Assembly: GCA_900088475.1 (NCBI GenBank)
Contig: FLMG01002443.1
Location: forward strand, 1-40,691
Source of the DNA: Hyphochytrium catenoides
Taxonomy: Eukaryota; Protista; Hyphochytriomycota
Reading direction: 5' to 3'
Length of the DNA stretch: 40,691 bases
This document shows positions 12,546 through 23,444 of this stretch, piece after piece. Under the pieces are notes generated by a model. It was not told the origin of the DNA and ran no database searches. It worked only from the letters and a program-made list of their open reading frames with translations. Positions within the stretch are counted from its first letter, which is position 1. Each line of letters opens with the position of its first letter. The position numbers were made by a program, and so were the translations under genes.

Positions 12546-13877
12546 ATGGCGGCGTTGGAGCTAACTGCCATTGAGCTGTGTCAGAAGCTCGTTAAGCTCT
12601 TGAAGGACATCCAATCTTCCCAAATAGAGACCATTCTGGGTCCGGACAGTGCCTGTCGTATCCATCTAGAGAACGCCAGAACAGTGTTAAGCGAGGTCTT
12701 AAAGGTTCAAAGAGCAGGACCAGAACAGGAGAATATAGAAGCTAAGATTGAGAGTCATCATCAACATTATGTCAAAGAAGCAGGGCGAAAGCATCTTACT
12801 TTCTCCTCACCGCGTGCCACCATGCCTATAGCCCCGGCACCACCAGCAGAAGGCAATACAGGAGACAAGGCGAGGCAGTTCAGACAACAGCCTCCTCCTG
12901 TGGCCGTTGCGAGGCTCCAGACCTTCTCTCACGCACGGAAGAAGAAAGGCACGGCCGCGGTGAGTCATTCTGAGGTTCCACACATTGGGCACGCATCGGC
13001 CGGAACGACCAACCAAGGGAAGAGGCGAGGAAACGCGGTTGTGAACCGCCCTGAGGAGAAGCTTATCACCCTGATAGCGGTGCTTCAACGGACAGACCTC
13101 GGGCTTGATGGGAGCAGCACGACAGCGATGATGGCCATCTGCGGTAGACGCTTTGGCACTTGGTACCAGAAGAGGGAGAAATTGATGACAAACTTGATGT
13201 GGCTCTCGGTGTTGGGCTACCTAACGGCTCTTTATCTGCCTGCCTTTGCCTCAGCCAAAGTCTTGCAGGGCCTTCTGATGATCGGAAGTATGGGTTGGAC
13301 TTGCTTCCATTTTCTCTCAATGCTCAACTGGCGGATTGTCCTCCTGACCTTGCAAATGTTTGACACCTGGTTCTTTCTTCTCTACTCGTTTGTCCCAATG
13401 GTTGCTTTGTGGTTCATTGACTGCCACGATCCAACCTTAGCCGTTGCCAACCTTCTCTCTACGTTCGCTACGGTGGTGGTCTATGTCTTCTACGATGCCA
13501 TGCCGCTGTCCAAGAGGCGTCGGGTGCGATATTTGTTGCTTGCAGGAGTGATGCTTGGCATCCTTCAAATGTATCATCGGTATAGGGATTTTCCACCACC
13601 ATGCAACTATTACTTCGACTTTTCGAGAGGAATCTTCCTACCTGAAGATGTGGACTGCGCGACCGGCAAGGGCATTGAAGAGACGAAGAAGTGGAGCATG
13701 TCACTTGCGGACTTTTTCACCCAGACATCTCAGACAACTCTCTTGCTCATGCTAAAGATCGTCTTCTTGGCCTTCCGCTTCCCAGACTGCTGCATCATGC
13801 TACGATACAGAGTCAAGCTTGTAGAGACAGAAAGAGCGCGAATGCCTGGGGAGAGAGTGCAGCAAAGACCCTCCTAG
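12546..13877 (+). CDS. Uncharacterised ~6-TM membrane protein, paralogue 1 (443 aa from ATG 12546)
   Basis: Long intronless ORF. First ATG (MAALELTAIELCQKL) aligns with the paralogue N-termini. About six hydrophobic helices; shared motifs include N..L.TL..FD..FF, YDAMP, PPPCNY, KWSMS..DF and FRFPD...LR.R. Confidence 0.88.
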   Translation: MAALELTAIELCQKLVKLLKDIQSSQIETILGPDSACRIHLENARTVLSEVLKVQRAGPEQENIEAKIESHHQHYVKEAGRKHLTFSSPRATMPIAPAPPAEGNTGDKARQFRQQPPPVAVARLQTFSHARKKKGTAAVSHSEVPHIGHASAGTTNQGKRRGNAVVNRPEEKLITLIAVLQRTDLGLDGSSTTAMMAICGRRFGTWYQKREKLMTNLMWLSVLGYLTALYLPAFASAKVLQGLLMIGSMGWTCFHFLSMLNWRIVLLTLQMFDTWFFLLYSFVPMVALWFIDCHDPTLAVANLLSTFATVVVYVFYDAMPLSKRRRVRYLLLAGVMLGILQMYHRYRDFPPPCNYYFDFSRGIFLPEDVDCATGKGIEETKKWSMSLADFFTQTSQTTLLLMLKIVFLAFRFPDCCIMLRYRVKLVETERARMPGERVQQRPS

Positions 13878-15537
13878 TCTACGAGGAGAAGGGCGAACCT
13901 GGCATAATTGCGGGCCTGGCTGCCTACTCCTTTTACTGTGGCGCCATCTTTACCGACTCAGTAGGCCCAATAGCCGTATCTCCGATCCACCGTTAACGAG
14001 ACTTTCAGCATACCTATAGACCAACCGTCGTGCTCGCTGCGTGATGGCGAGGAACGCATCTAAGAAAAGAGAGGATGATGTGGTAGGCCGCCTGTTAATA
14101 ATCACCCGGCACCGTCTCATCTTAGTAAGGAGATGAGGAGCAGCCTCACTTCTTCCAGCCAGTGCCTGTCAAGCCAAGTAACAGGTAATGCTGCGGCCGT
14201 CCGCCAATAACAGAGCTGGGGTGTGGGAGAATTTCCCCACTACTTCTCCGCCAGTTGAAGTCATTTAGTTCCCTTCTCGCCCGCAGCATCACTGCATTAG
14301 GTGCTGTATGTGGACCGATATGCTCCAAAATATCAGGTTTGAAGAGAGACGGGTGAAGATGACAGGCCCGTTCACGTTTCTCAGAAGGCACTACCATTAG
14401 TAGGGACGATGAGCGCAGGGCAGTTCCGTAAGGTCCCTGCGATTGGCATAGGCCGAATAATCCTGGGCATCCTGTCTGCCTGTTGCAGGAGAAGAGCACA
14501 GACCTTGTGACGATGATGGGCCTGCAAATTTAGACATAAGCTGGCATGGTTTGCTCCTCCCAAATAGTTCATCAGGAGAAGGGTAGGATGGCTCTTATTC
14601 TGGGCTGCGTCGAGTTGGCAGTGAACATGCATTCTTATTGCTGTTTTTGCAGGAGGAGTCGCCTATGCTTTCATTATTACGTGGTAGAGAGCTATTCCTC
14701 ATGCACTGTAGAGCTCTCTGAGTTATGTCTGTTGAACATATTTTCAAGCCGTGTAAGATGATAAGAGTGGCGGAGGTCTCTTTGAGGGGAGAAGACTCCC
14801 TAAGATGACCTTTGAGGTGATAAATTGAGGAAGAGGTTGATCGTCTTAAGCTCACTTATACTCTTCTCATGATTGAGCTGCTGATGCATGAAGCTCTCTA
14901 CCCTAGTAGTGACATAATCTCAGCAACGTTATTGCTATGTCCTAGAGCCTAATGTCTAAAGCTTTAGCTAAAGCGTCCTTACTCAGCCAAGAAGAACGGA
15001 GCTAAGAACAGGACATGCTGCTCTTGATTGGATGCAATATGGATGACAGGGGCTTGAGCTGTGGAGAAGAGAGCAATAGGGAAGGACAAGGAAAGAAAGG
15101 TAAAGCTGGCAGTCTGGCGTTACCTCAGAATAAACCCAAACTGCTGAAGAAGAAAAGGATTGGCTCATCACTTGCCATAACGTTCACAAGACTGACAAGC
15201 TTTCTGTCCTTACCCATAGAAGAGGTCCGCGAGAAGTTGCTGCACGAGCCTCTTGAGCGAGAGAGCTTCAGGATAGTCCAGCTAGCAGAGCAATGTCATA
15301 CTACTGCTGGGTGCGTGGTGTTGTGCTTTATTTCTCCTTGTTGACCCTCTCTAGGGATGATGAGGGTCTTGAAGTCTCTAAGAAGAATGTCTAGCATACG
15401 AAAGAGACAGACGTAAAGATTCGTCCTCGGGAGGAGGTACTAGAGGGGAAGATGCTAAGAAGGAAGACGGGGCGGAAGAGGAGGAAGTGATGAAGCTGGG
15501 ATAATGAGAACTAAAGATGTTGGAAGGAGAGAGGTGA

Positions 15538-16400
15538 TTATGGTGAAGAGCCACCGAAGGAGCCGTAGGGTCCTGCTACCAGTGTTAAACGCCGTTGGCG
15601 ATAGTCTTGATAGAAGTCAAGGTAAGTCGGAGGTCGTAAGGGGCGGCTAAAGATGATGTAGGCGAGCAGGAAGACAGGAGGTATCAAATCTTCAACAACT
15701 AGTGGAAAAGTTGTGCCAGCGGCCTTCACACTTTCGTTAGCGTTAGCGTTAGTTGTAATTACAGCTCGATGTCGAAGGGAATCGCTGGCCATCATCCTAT
15801 CATTGCCCTCCTTTCTAGGCTTACACCGATGCTTGCAACTGCATGATCGTCATCCGTCGAGCCTCATCAATGTAGTGCAGCAGGTCTGGCAGGGCGTGAT
15901 CATGGGCACAATGAAGGCGATGGAGAATTATATATCTATCTCAATCAAAAAGCCTTTGAGCGGCGCAACCTTCAGAAGTGCACCGCTGGGTGTGGACACC
16001 ATGAGCAATGCAAATATCTTTTTTCTTTCGCACTTTCCTCACACCATCCACCGAACACCGCTTAGTCTTACCACCATGATGCCCAGTGGTGCAGATTGTC
16101 TAAGGAATGTCTTAGTTCTTAACGTCAAGTACCTTGCAGCGCCTGCCGCATGTTGTTGTCCTTACTTCATAGAGCTTTTTGTAACTAACATAATGACAAA
16201 GCTTAAACTTCCAACTGTTCCCAGGGCCGTCGTCCCGCATCTCATCAACTTATCCTCTAACTGCTCAGAAGGCAATCATGAGAGTACTTGTAACGACACG
16301 AAGGCCATAATGAGACCAGCCGCACGCCTAGTAGCCCTGCTGTTGGGCAGCATCCCATGATGGTGGGTTGCCGGGCAAGAGCTAAACGTTCGGCCAATGA
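15538..16400 (-). pseudogene. Decayed membrane transporter, possibly MFS_2/GPH (sugar-cation symporter) family
   Basis: Hydrophobic minus-strand frame with several stops: ...GKCERKKIFALLMV..., (shifted frame) ALPDLLHYIDEARR, and C-terminal NANANESVKAAGTTFPLVVEDLIPPVFLLAYIIFSRPLRPPTYLDFYQDYRQRR. These resemble the GPH MLPDVxDxDE motif and the terminal P.xFLL...YPL...RR helix. Confidence 0.35.
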
Positions 16401-17462
16401 AGGGTCTACGTACAGAAGACATTAGCCAGCACAAACAGTCTGCTGCTGCATCATCAATCATCATCATCGGGAGGCGGAGGAGACTAGCGTGACATAGGCC
16501 AGCTTGCCCCTTCTCTCTAAGTAGTAGCTTGCATCGGTCGTGGTGGTGATGGCAGCGACAGTAATTGTCTTCGACCAGAACAGTTGGAGGTAATGGGTGA
16601 TGTGATAACTGCAATTCAGTAATCTTGTAGAGGATATAACGCCCATGTCTGAGGGGAGGCTGAGGCGTGGTGTGGCTGCATCATCATCACTCCCTCCTGC
16701 GCTAGGACGTACGGCCCATCAACCTCTACGTCTTATGCCCTATGATCTCGCTGATACAAGCTGACGGGCTCAAGGGACTCCTTCTACTCTCTCCCGTCCT
16801 TCCCTGTCTGTCTCTCTCTATCTCTCAGCACCACCCGATCATACTGACCTCCATAACCTTGCTTTCCGACGATGCCTATTCCTTTCGTCATGCTGTAGAT
16901 AAGACGTGTTGACTCTAATATCCCTTCTCTGTCTTTTCTATCTCTCCGTGTGCAGTCACGGGCTCGCTTAGTACCTTGTTCGCAGTCTGTCTGACCTCTC
17001 TTCTGTCGCTACGGCATTCCTTTTGCCATCGTCCCTGGCTGTTGCTCTTTTGCCACCTCCCTCTGGCTACTCTAGTGCTCTCTCATGATCGCTTGGTCTG
17101 AGTCGCCCTTCCTCCAGCTATGAGAACTCCTTCTAGACGCCCTTACCAGCACACAACGTGAAGTTCTGCTGCTCCTGGAGCAAAGGCAAATCGTCGGGTA
17201 TAACACTGCAGCGAGCAGTGCAGCTTTGTTTTGCTGATGCACTGCCGAACAACAACATAAGGGGAAGCAGCTGGGCTCTTTTGCCTGCGACCACATTCCA
17301 AGTCACACAAACAGGCGGAAACTTAAGGACCCGAGTTAACATATCTAGCGGAACCCCACAAAGTATCCACAGATCAAGAGGCTCTGTACATAAGAACTTA
17401 GAGCATCGGAAGGTTCTCCACCTTCGGCATAAAAACATTCGTTAGCCGGCTGTCACACGCCG

Positions 17463-18806
17463 ATGACGGGTGACATGCTGCATTCAATCTCCTCTCCAAC
17501 ATGTCAAGAGTCTGTCAGAGGAATGGTTAGGGCTTCCACCACCGTACCAGATCTTTGTCAAACCTTCATCAACGGACTACGATCCCACTCAGCATTATTA
17601 CTTAGCATTCAACCTCCTGAAAGCGGTAATGGTGCATCCCAGCAGGCGTTATTAGAAGTAAAGGCGGAGGTGGAAACAATGTTGCGCAATTTTGGCCCCA
17701 ACCTAGCCTTCCCATTGCCGTTTAAGGGGCAGCCCACTTCTAATAGCAATGTAGAGAGAAAGCGACCAGCTGCCGTCTTGCCGCAGGCATCACCAACGCC
17801 ATCTGCCAGCCCTTTTCCATCTACGAGAGGGTCCAATAACAAGCAGAGAACTTTGAAGAGACGGCTACTGATCTCTGTCCAACCTTACACAGAGCTCACG
17901 GTTAAAGAGAGCAGTTTGACAGGTATGGAGAAGCTCTTTGGGAAGAGCTTCGCACTCTTTTGGTGGAGATGGAAGAGAATCCTCATGCCTCTCAGCGTTC
18001 TTGCCCTACTTACCTCCATGATCCAGGTCTTGGTCTATCTCTCTGCCTCATTGACAGATAGCGAAAGAGTGCTTTGGGGCTGGTTGTGGGTCCCAACAGG
18101 AGCTTTAGGGATGATGGATATGAGTTCGGTGGCTAATTATCATCTCTTCCTCACGTCTCTGCGGTCGTTGGACGCCTTCTTCTTTCTCTTGGAGACAACA
18201 CTCTTTGTGGTTGCGCTTGCAGGGACCTTCTGCTTCAGCCTTAGTGGCTGTCTTTATGCAGCCGCTACGTTTTGCTGCTTCTGTTGCTTTGTCATATGTT
18301 ATGATGGTCTTCCCAGCTCTGTAAGGCGACGACTGAAGGGTTTCTACATTATTTGGTGTCTCTATGTCCCTACAACTCTAGCCCTTATCTACTTCAGAGT
18401 GCCAGAGAACATGTGCAGGTATCGGCTAGACCTTATCCATGGCTTCGTCGACGAGAAAGACGTTCTGGAGGGCAAGAAGACACTGTCAAAGTGGAGTTTG
18501 TCTGTCGTAGAGTTCTGCCTCAATCGAGGTTTTGGCTTTCTGGTGTTACTCCTGAAAACGACATACTCAGCTTTTAGACATCCCACCGATACGGCCATAC
18601 TTCGGACAAGATCAAGAGTTCTAGAGAAGAAATCAGGGGCTAGTGACGCTGCAGCTGAGGGTAGTGGAGGGCCAGCGCCTACTTTTGAGCCTCGAACGAG
18701 CATTGCACCAGCCGCTCTAGGGGAAGGAGAAGCTGGGGCTGAGGACCAGGAGCTTGTTTTAGCAGCCAGAAGGAGTAGAGAGATGTCGGGTGGCGGTACT
18801 AGCTAG
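17463..18806 (+). CDS. Uncharacterised ~6-TM membrane protein, paralogue 2 (447 aa; alternative start ATG 17523)
   Basis: Intronless ORF: DLCQTF helix, RRLLISVQPYTEL, TGMEKLFGKSF, ANYHLFLTSLRSLDAFFF, YDGLP, YFRVPENMCRYRLDLIHG, KWSLSVVEFCLNRG, FRHPTD. Confidence 0.9.
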   Translation: MTGDMLHSISSPTCQESVRGMVRASTTVPDLCQTFINGLRSHSALLLSIQPPESGNGASQQALLEVKAEVETMLRNFGPNLAFPLPFKGQPTSNSNVERKRPAAVLPQASPTPSASPFPSTRGSNNKQRTLKRRLLISVQPYTELTVKESSLTGMEKLFGKSFALFWWRWKRILMPLSVLALLTSMIQVLVYLSASLTDSERVLWGWLWVPTGALGMMDMSSVANYHLFLTSLRSLDAFFFLLETTLFVVALAGTFCFSLSGCLYAAATFCCFCCFVICYDGLPSSVRRRLKGFYIIWCLYVPTTLALIYFRVPENMCRYRLDLIHGFVDEKDVLEGKKTLSKWSLSVVEFCLNRGFGFLVLLLKTTYSAFRHPTDTAILRTRSRVLEKKSGASDAAAEGSGGPAPTFEPRTSIAPAALGEGEAGAEDQELVLAARRSREMSGGGTS

Positions 18807-19799
18807 AGAAAGCAGCTGGCAGCCATCAGAAGTCCATTTGTGCTCATCATGCTCACTTACTCAGCAGGATCAGCCCTGATGTTGACGAGATGAGATACTT
18901 GCGTTTATCTAAGATCTCATCCTGTCGTTTGCCTAATGGAAGAAGAGACACTTGTCTACCTCTGTGCGTGTTCGGCTGGCCTTGCCATGACGATTCAGCA
19001 AAGATAGAGGGATTAGCACTTTGATACAAGAGAAGGACTGGTCTACACGGTTATTATATTGACCGCTTAAGAAGATAGGGCCACAACTGCAGTCTGGCAT
19101 TGTAAACCGCACTATACGAGGCGCACCAACAACAATGATCAGTCTTTAGAGCGGCCTAGAGTCTCGCAACACGTAAGGGTCGTGGCATCCAGAAAAAGGA
19201 ACCGCACAAGTGATCCAAGCATGACAGACAATACCACTTGTTCTTTTATGGCCCTTCAAGTCCGTCCATCCTATGTGTGGGCTGCTCAAGGTGTGCGCTG
19301 TGGACCAAGATAAAATAGTCTCAGGAGGGTAATGGACAGGAATGGAGCAAGAGAAGAGAAGGACTTACGCTAGTCTCCTAGAAGAGAGCATTGACGAAGC
19401 GTTGCACGAAAAAAAATAAAAAGTTGGATGAGTTCGAAGGGACCGGGCAGCATGCTTTATTTAAAAAGAAAGGCTCACGTGGAGTTTTTCAAAAGTAGTA
19501 AAGTTATAGACCTGCAAATCTCCAGGTCAGCGGCGGACTGCTGGCATCGGTTCAGTACTAGAATCATAGATAAAGGCAAGGTGCTGGCTTTCGAGATGCA
19601 ATAGTTACTGGAGGCGCGCATTTCATCAGGAGGCAGAACAGATCTGACCGCCCAGGATGTGGCGGCGCATACTGGGAGACATACAATGACGCTCACGAGG
19701 AAGAATGCAGCTTTATTACTCTTCGTGACCTGATGATGAGCAGCACCACCAACTCTGACGCCTAGCTCACTGGTCACCTCTCTCCCTCCATAAACCCAA

Positions 19800-20173
19800 G
19801 CTCACTCATAGCACATTTGCATCAGCCGCCCTTCTAGTGCCAGCGTAAACCCGAAGCACGAATGTCCTACGACTAGCCTAGGGATAAGAGCACAGGCAAT
19901 CATTGATCTCACTCAGGTTGGGCTGTTCCTTACGTCAGAATATAAGTGCAGCGGCAGCCCATAAGAAAGGGAGAAAAATGTTGGCAGCCAGGACAAGGCT
20001 CACTCATAGCCCATCTGCATCAGTCGCCCTTCCAGTCTACCCCAGCGTTAACCCGAAGCACGAATGTCCTACCACTGACTAGCCTAGGCAAGAGCACAGG
20101 CGACCATGGATCCTCACCCAGAACCCAGCTTAGGCTGTCCCCTTCCATCAGAAGTTAAGAGTGCGCCGGCAGC
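19800..20173. repeat. Diverged direct repeat, two ~160-175 bp copies
   Basis: Copies at ~19800-19958 and ~19998-20173. Both begin gctcactcatagc, share an identical 23-mer aacccgaagcacgaatgtcctac (19848, 20050), share gactagcctagg and aagagcacaggc, and end in cggcagc. Confidence 0.9.
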
Positions 20174-21134
20174 AAGTTTTCCAGGAGACGCGACATTCTT
20201 AGAAAATCTGTAACGGCCACTTTCCTTGCGCCTAACTTCGGACGTTTACACAAACGCCTGTTGATCCTATTTCTTATTCAAGGTACTGGTAGCCAGTCTT
20301 CGGTTGGCTAGCGTTAAACTGGGCTTTCTTCCGAAAATACTTGCAGGGATTGATCAGATGGGAAGCACCGTTACTCTTCTTTAGTGCCGTGTATAGAGCC
20401 TGACTTGGTTGCTGACAGAGAATGGACTGGAAGAAGGGAAGCAATAGGCCACACCGACAGAACTATGGGAACACAGAGCCTACCACCATCTCTCATTCCT
20501 TGCCAGGCAGGAGAAGGCTTGTTGAGGAAGGAAGACTTCTTAGCCTTGCACCAGGATCCTGGGCCCATTGTCCAGAAGAATGTTCAACCTGCTGCACGAT
20601 GGGTGCAGTTGGCCGGAAGCAACGGACTGGCGCCTCATGTTAGTCCTCTTAGCCCATCACCATCATCGAGTCATCGGCGCTTCTTTTCCCCTCCTTCACC
20701 CTTCTTCCTTGCCACTCGATGAGCATTCGGCTGTAATATTAGGTGCAACACAGTGAGCGAATTCGAGATGTTAAATCGGGACCAGGTGCAGTTATATCGA
20801 TGGCGCTCTCTCTTCCTTCTCTCCATCTTCTCGTCTATCTGAAATGCCGTCGAAGGAGCGGAGTTCTCCACAACCTGCGCCGACAAGTCGAGCAGCGATT
20901 GGTCGTTTGATTGCACTTACCGGGATCTTTAATAGACAAAGAGAGGAGGCAACTGCCCAAAGGTTGTTGTTTGCTACCCCCCACCCAACCATCTCTCTGT
21001 CCACATACTTTTCTCTTTCTTCTTGTGCTCTTTGTGGCATCAGTCCCGACGCCTACTGCGCCAAGGCCTAAGAGTGACCCGCAAGTGTGACTGCCTACGT
21101 TTGGAAGGACAGAGACGGCGACTGATGCACTAAA

Positions 21135-22349
21135 ATGCTGGGATATCAGCTTGACATACCTGTCGCCACTAATCTCTATCAAGCTTTTCTTACATATCTC
21201 CAAAGCCAGTCCTCGTCGGCGATAGATGACGCATCATGTCAGCTTTTGGTGGAAGCACGCCTTGAGATAGATCGATTGCTTGCGCCAAGACCAGTAACGG
21301 TTGCGACAAAGGGCACTATTGTTCCCGCTCTCTCCTCTCCAAGGCCAGTTGCTCCAAGTAAAGCCGAAAGAGGACGGGTACAGGGCGACGTGCGACGAAG
21401 TTCTTCCATTGCGCCATTGAACCCTCGAGATCTCGGAGTCTCTTCCATAGGGCATGTCACCTCGACCGGAGGCACATCAATCGCACCTATCGGCTCTGAG
21501 CAAAGAGTCAAGAAAAGGCGCATCCTAGTAGCGATCAACCCTTATACAGCTCTCAGTGAGATAGAAAGCAATCTTACTCTGATGGAACTGTTGTTTGGCC
21601 CAAGCTTCACTGTCTCCTACTGGAGGAAAAAGAGAGCTTTGGCACCTATTTCGCTATTTGTTGCCTTTCTGGGCATGCCCTCTGTGCTCCTTTATCTCAC
21701 CCTGCCGATGACAGACTTGCAAAATCTCCTCATGGCCCTGCTAATATGGCTGCCAATGGTTGCCCTAGGTTTTGTCAACACCGTTGCAGTGGTCAACGTC
21801 AGACTTCTGGTGAAGTCCTTGCGGTCTTTTGAAGCCCTTTACTTCATAGGAGAAGGTTCACTCTTTGCTAGCTCACTCGCAGCTACTTTTTGTCTGTCAT
21901 TCATCGGTTGGATGTACGCGTTGGTGGCCTTTTCAGCCTTTTGCACCTTTTTCTTATGCTACGACAGTCTTCCGACGTCTGTCCGCAAGCGACTCAAGAG
22001 GCTATACGTGGCCTGTTCTCTCTTTGTTGCCGCTCAGCTAGCTCTTATATACTTTAGAGTTCCTCCGAGAATGTGCTCTTATCGCTTAGACCCTCTCCAC
22101 GGGCTGCTGGATGAACAGATCCCTGCTGATGCTGAAAAGATTAACAGCTGGAGCATCTCGGTTGTGGAACTCTGTCTAAATCGTGGTCTGAGCTTCTTGG
22201 TGCTGCTTCTAAGAGCGACCTACTTCGTCCTCAGGCATCCGAATGACTCTGTTATTATGAAAAGCAGGCTGAGAGTGCTTGAGCTCTTGCCAACGAAGCC
22301 TCGTGGAGAGTCCTCTACTTCTCAACCTCTCCTAAATTCACTAGGTTAG
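21135..22349 (+). CDS. Uncharacterised ~6-TM membrane protein, paralogue 3 (404 aa)
   Basis: Intronless ORF: NLYQAF helix, RRILVAINPYTAL, TLMELLFGPSF, VNVRLLVKSLRSFEALYF, YDSLP, YFRVPPRMCSYRLDPLHG, SWSISVVELCLNRG, LRHPND. Visibly closest to paralogue 2. Confidence 0.9.
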   Translation: MLGYQLDIPVATNLYQAFLTYLQSQSSSAIDDASCQLLVEARLEIDRLLAPRPVTVATKGTIVPALSSPRPVAPSKAERGRVQGDVRRSSSIAPLNPRDLGVSSIGHVTSTGGTSIAPIGSEQRVKKRRILVAINPYTALSEIESNLTLMELLFGPSFTVSYWRKKRALAPISLFVAFLGMPSVLLYLTLPMTDLQNLLMALLIWLPMVALGFVNTVAVVNVRLLVKSLRSFEALYFIGEGSLFASSLAATFCLSFIGWMYALVAFSAFCTFFLCYDSLPTSVRKRLKRLYVACSLFVAAQLALIYFRVPPRMCSYRLDPLHGLLDEQIPADAEKINSWSISVVELCLNRGLSFLVLLLRATYFVLRHPNDSVIMKSRLRVLELLPTKPRGESSTSQPLLNSLG

Positions 22350-23444
22350 CTGGTACAATTACTATTGATACTGGCGATGACTCTGCGAGTTTCAGAGCCT
22401 GACAAGGAAAACGGGCATACGCTTACTGACCACATCAGGTTCATGGATAGCCTCCTAAGTAACGGTAGGAGAGCGGCTAATGATGGCATGGTCTCTATCT
22501 CCCGTCATCGCCGTGCGTCCTGCAGGGGGAGCAGTGGTTGAGGATGACTAAAGAATATCTTCTTGCGGTTAGCAGAACAACCTTGTGCGGGCCCCACATC
22601 TGCGCTCAAAATCATTAGCAGGCGCCGCTAGTCCCCTGATCGATGATGCCGTCAAAAGACTATTAGAAGCGTGGTAGAAGGCTTTTTATTAGGATATAGG
22701 CGAAGCGGATAAGTTACCAGTCGGCGATGGCGGTCAAAGAGAAGCCGATGGCTTGGCGGGGCGGCTATGATGAAGGGGAGCATGGCACAAGGTTTTAAGT
22801 CCAGCTCCCCTAACATGATGCGCTTACCAAGAGCATGCAATTATTGTTCACATCTACCACCCACCTTTGCCTTCCTAAGAAGTCTACTGGATAAAGTCTT
22901 ATACTGCTTCTATTACGCCTCTTCCTCAAGCTCCCTCAACAAAGTGCTCCCTAAGGCACGGAGCCGGTCATTTTCTATTACCTTCTGATCACTTCCGACT
23001 AACCTCAGACGCGGCCGCATCAAATGTCCTCCTCCGGATGCCCACTGCGTGCACTCTCTGTAACAACCTTTCAGTGGTCGTATCCTGTGGACCCAGCAAC
23101 TTATCGCGTACCATCATCTTGAATCATGATAACTTTGCTTCTCTTTACGATCGGAAGTAAGGTGAAGAAGCAGCGTCAGGTCCCGCTGGTCATTTTGAAA
23201 CGCCGACAGTCTTCAATGAAGTAGCAGCAGCAATCTTAATTTTAAACAGAGATCTTCTTTTGCTCTTCTTCACTACTGCCTTCATTCATCGGCGCAGTCA
23301 AATATCAACAAGAAGGAGGATAGGAGGATGGAGTAGAAGGTTAAGGGCGAAAGCAGTGACTTGCGAAAGGGCCATGAGAAGGCAAAGATGCGGGAGCTTT
23401 GACAACCGTCTGGTTTCTGGTGTCTGATGGTCTGATGATGGTCA

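Noticed and set aside
15015-15344. 109-aa Lys-rich ORF
   Set aside because: No motif; a putative downstream exon hits stops; not enough support.
15713-16360. 215-aa + strand ORF as a real gene
   Set aside because: GTG start, no recognisable motif, composition typical of the antisense of a hydrophobic protein.
20290-20311. Small hairpin with a C(UUCG)G loop (also an ~11-bp stem at ~18889-18921)
   Set aside because: Short imperfect stems are expected by chance; no ncRNA context.
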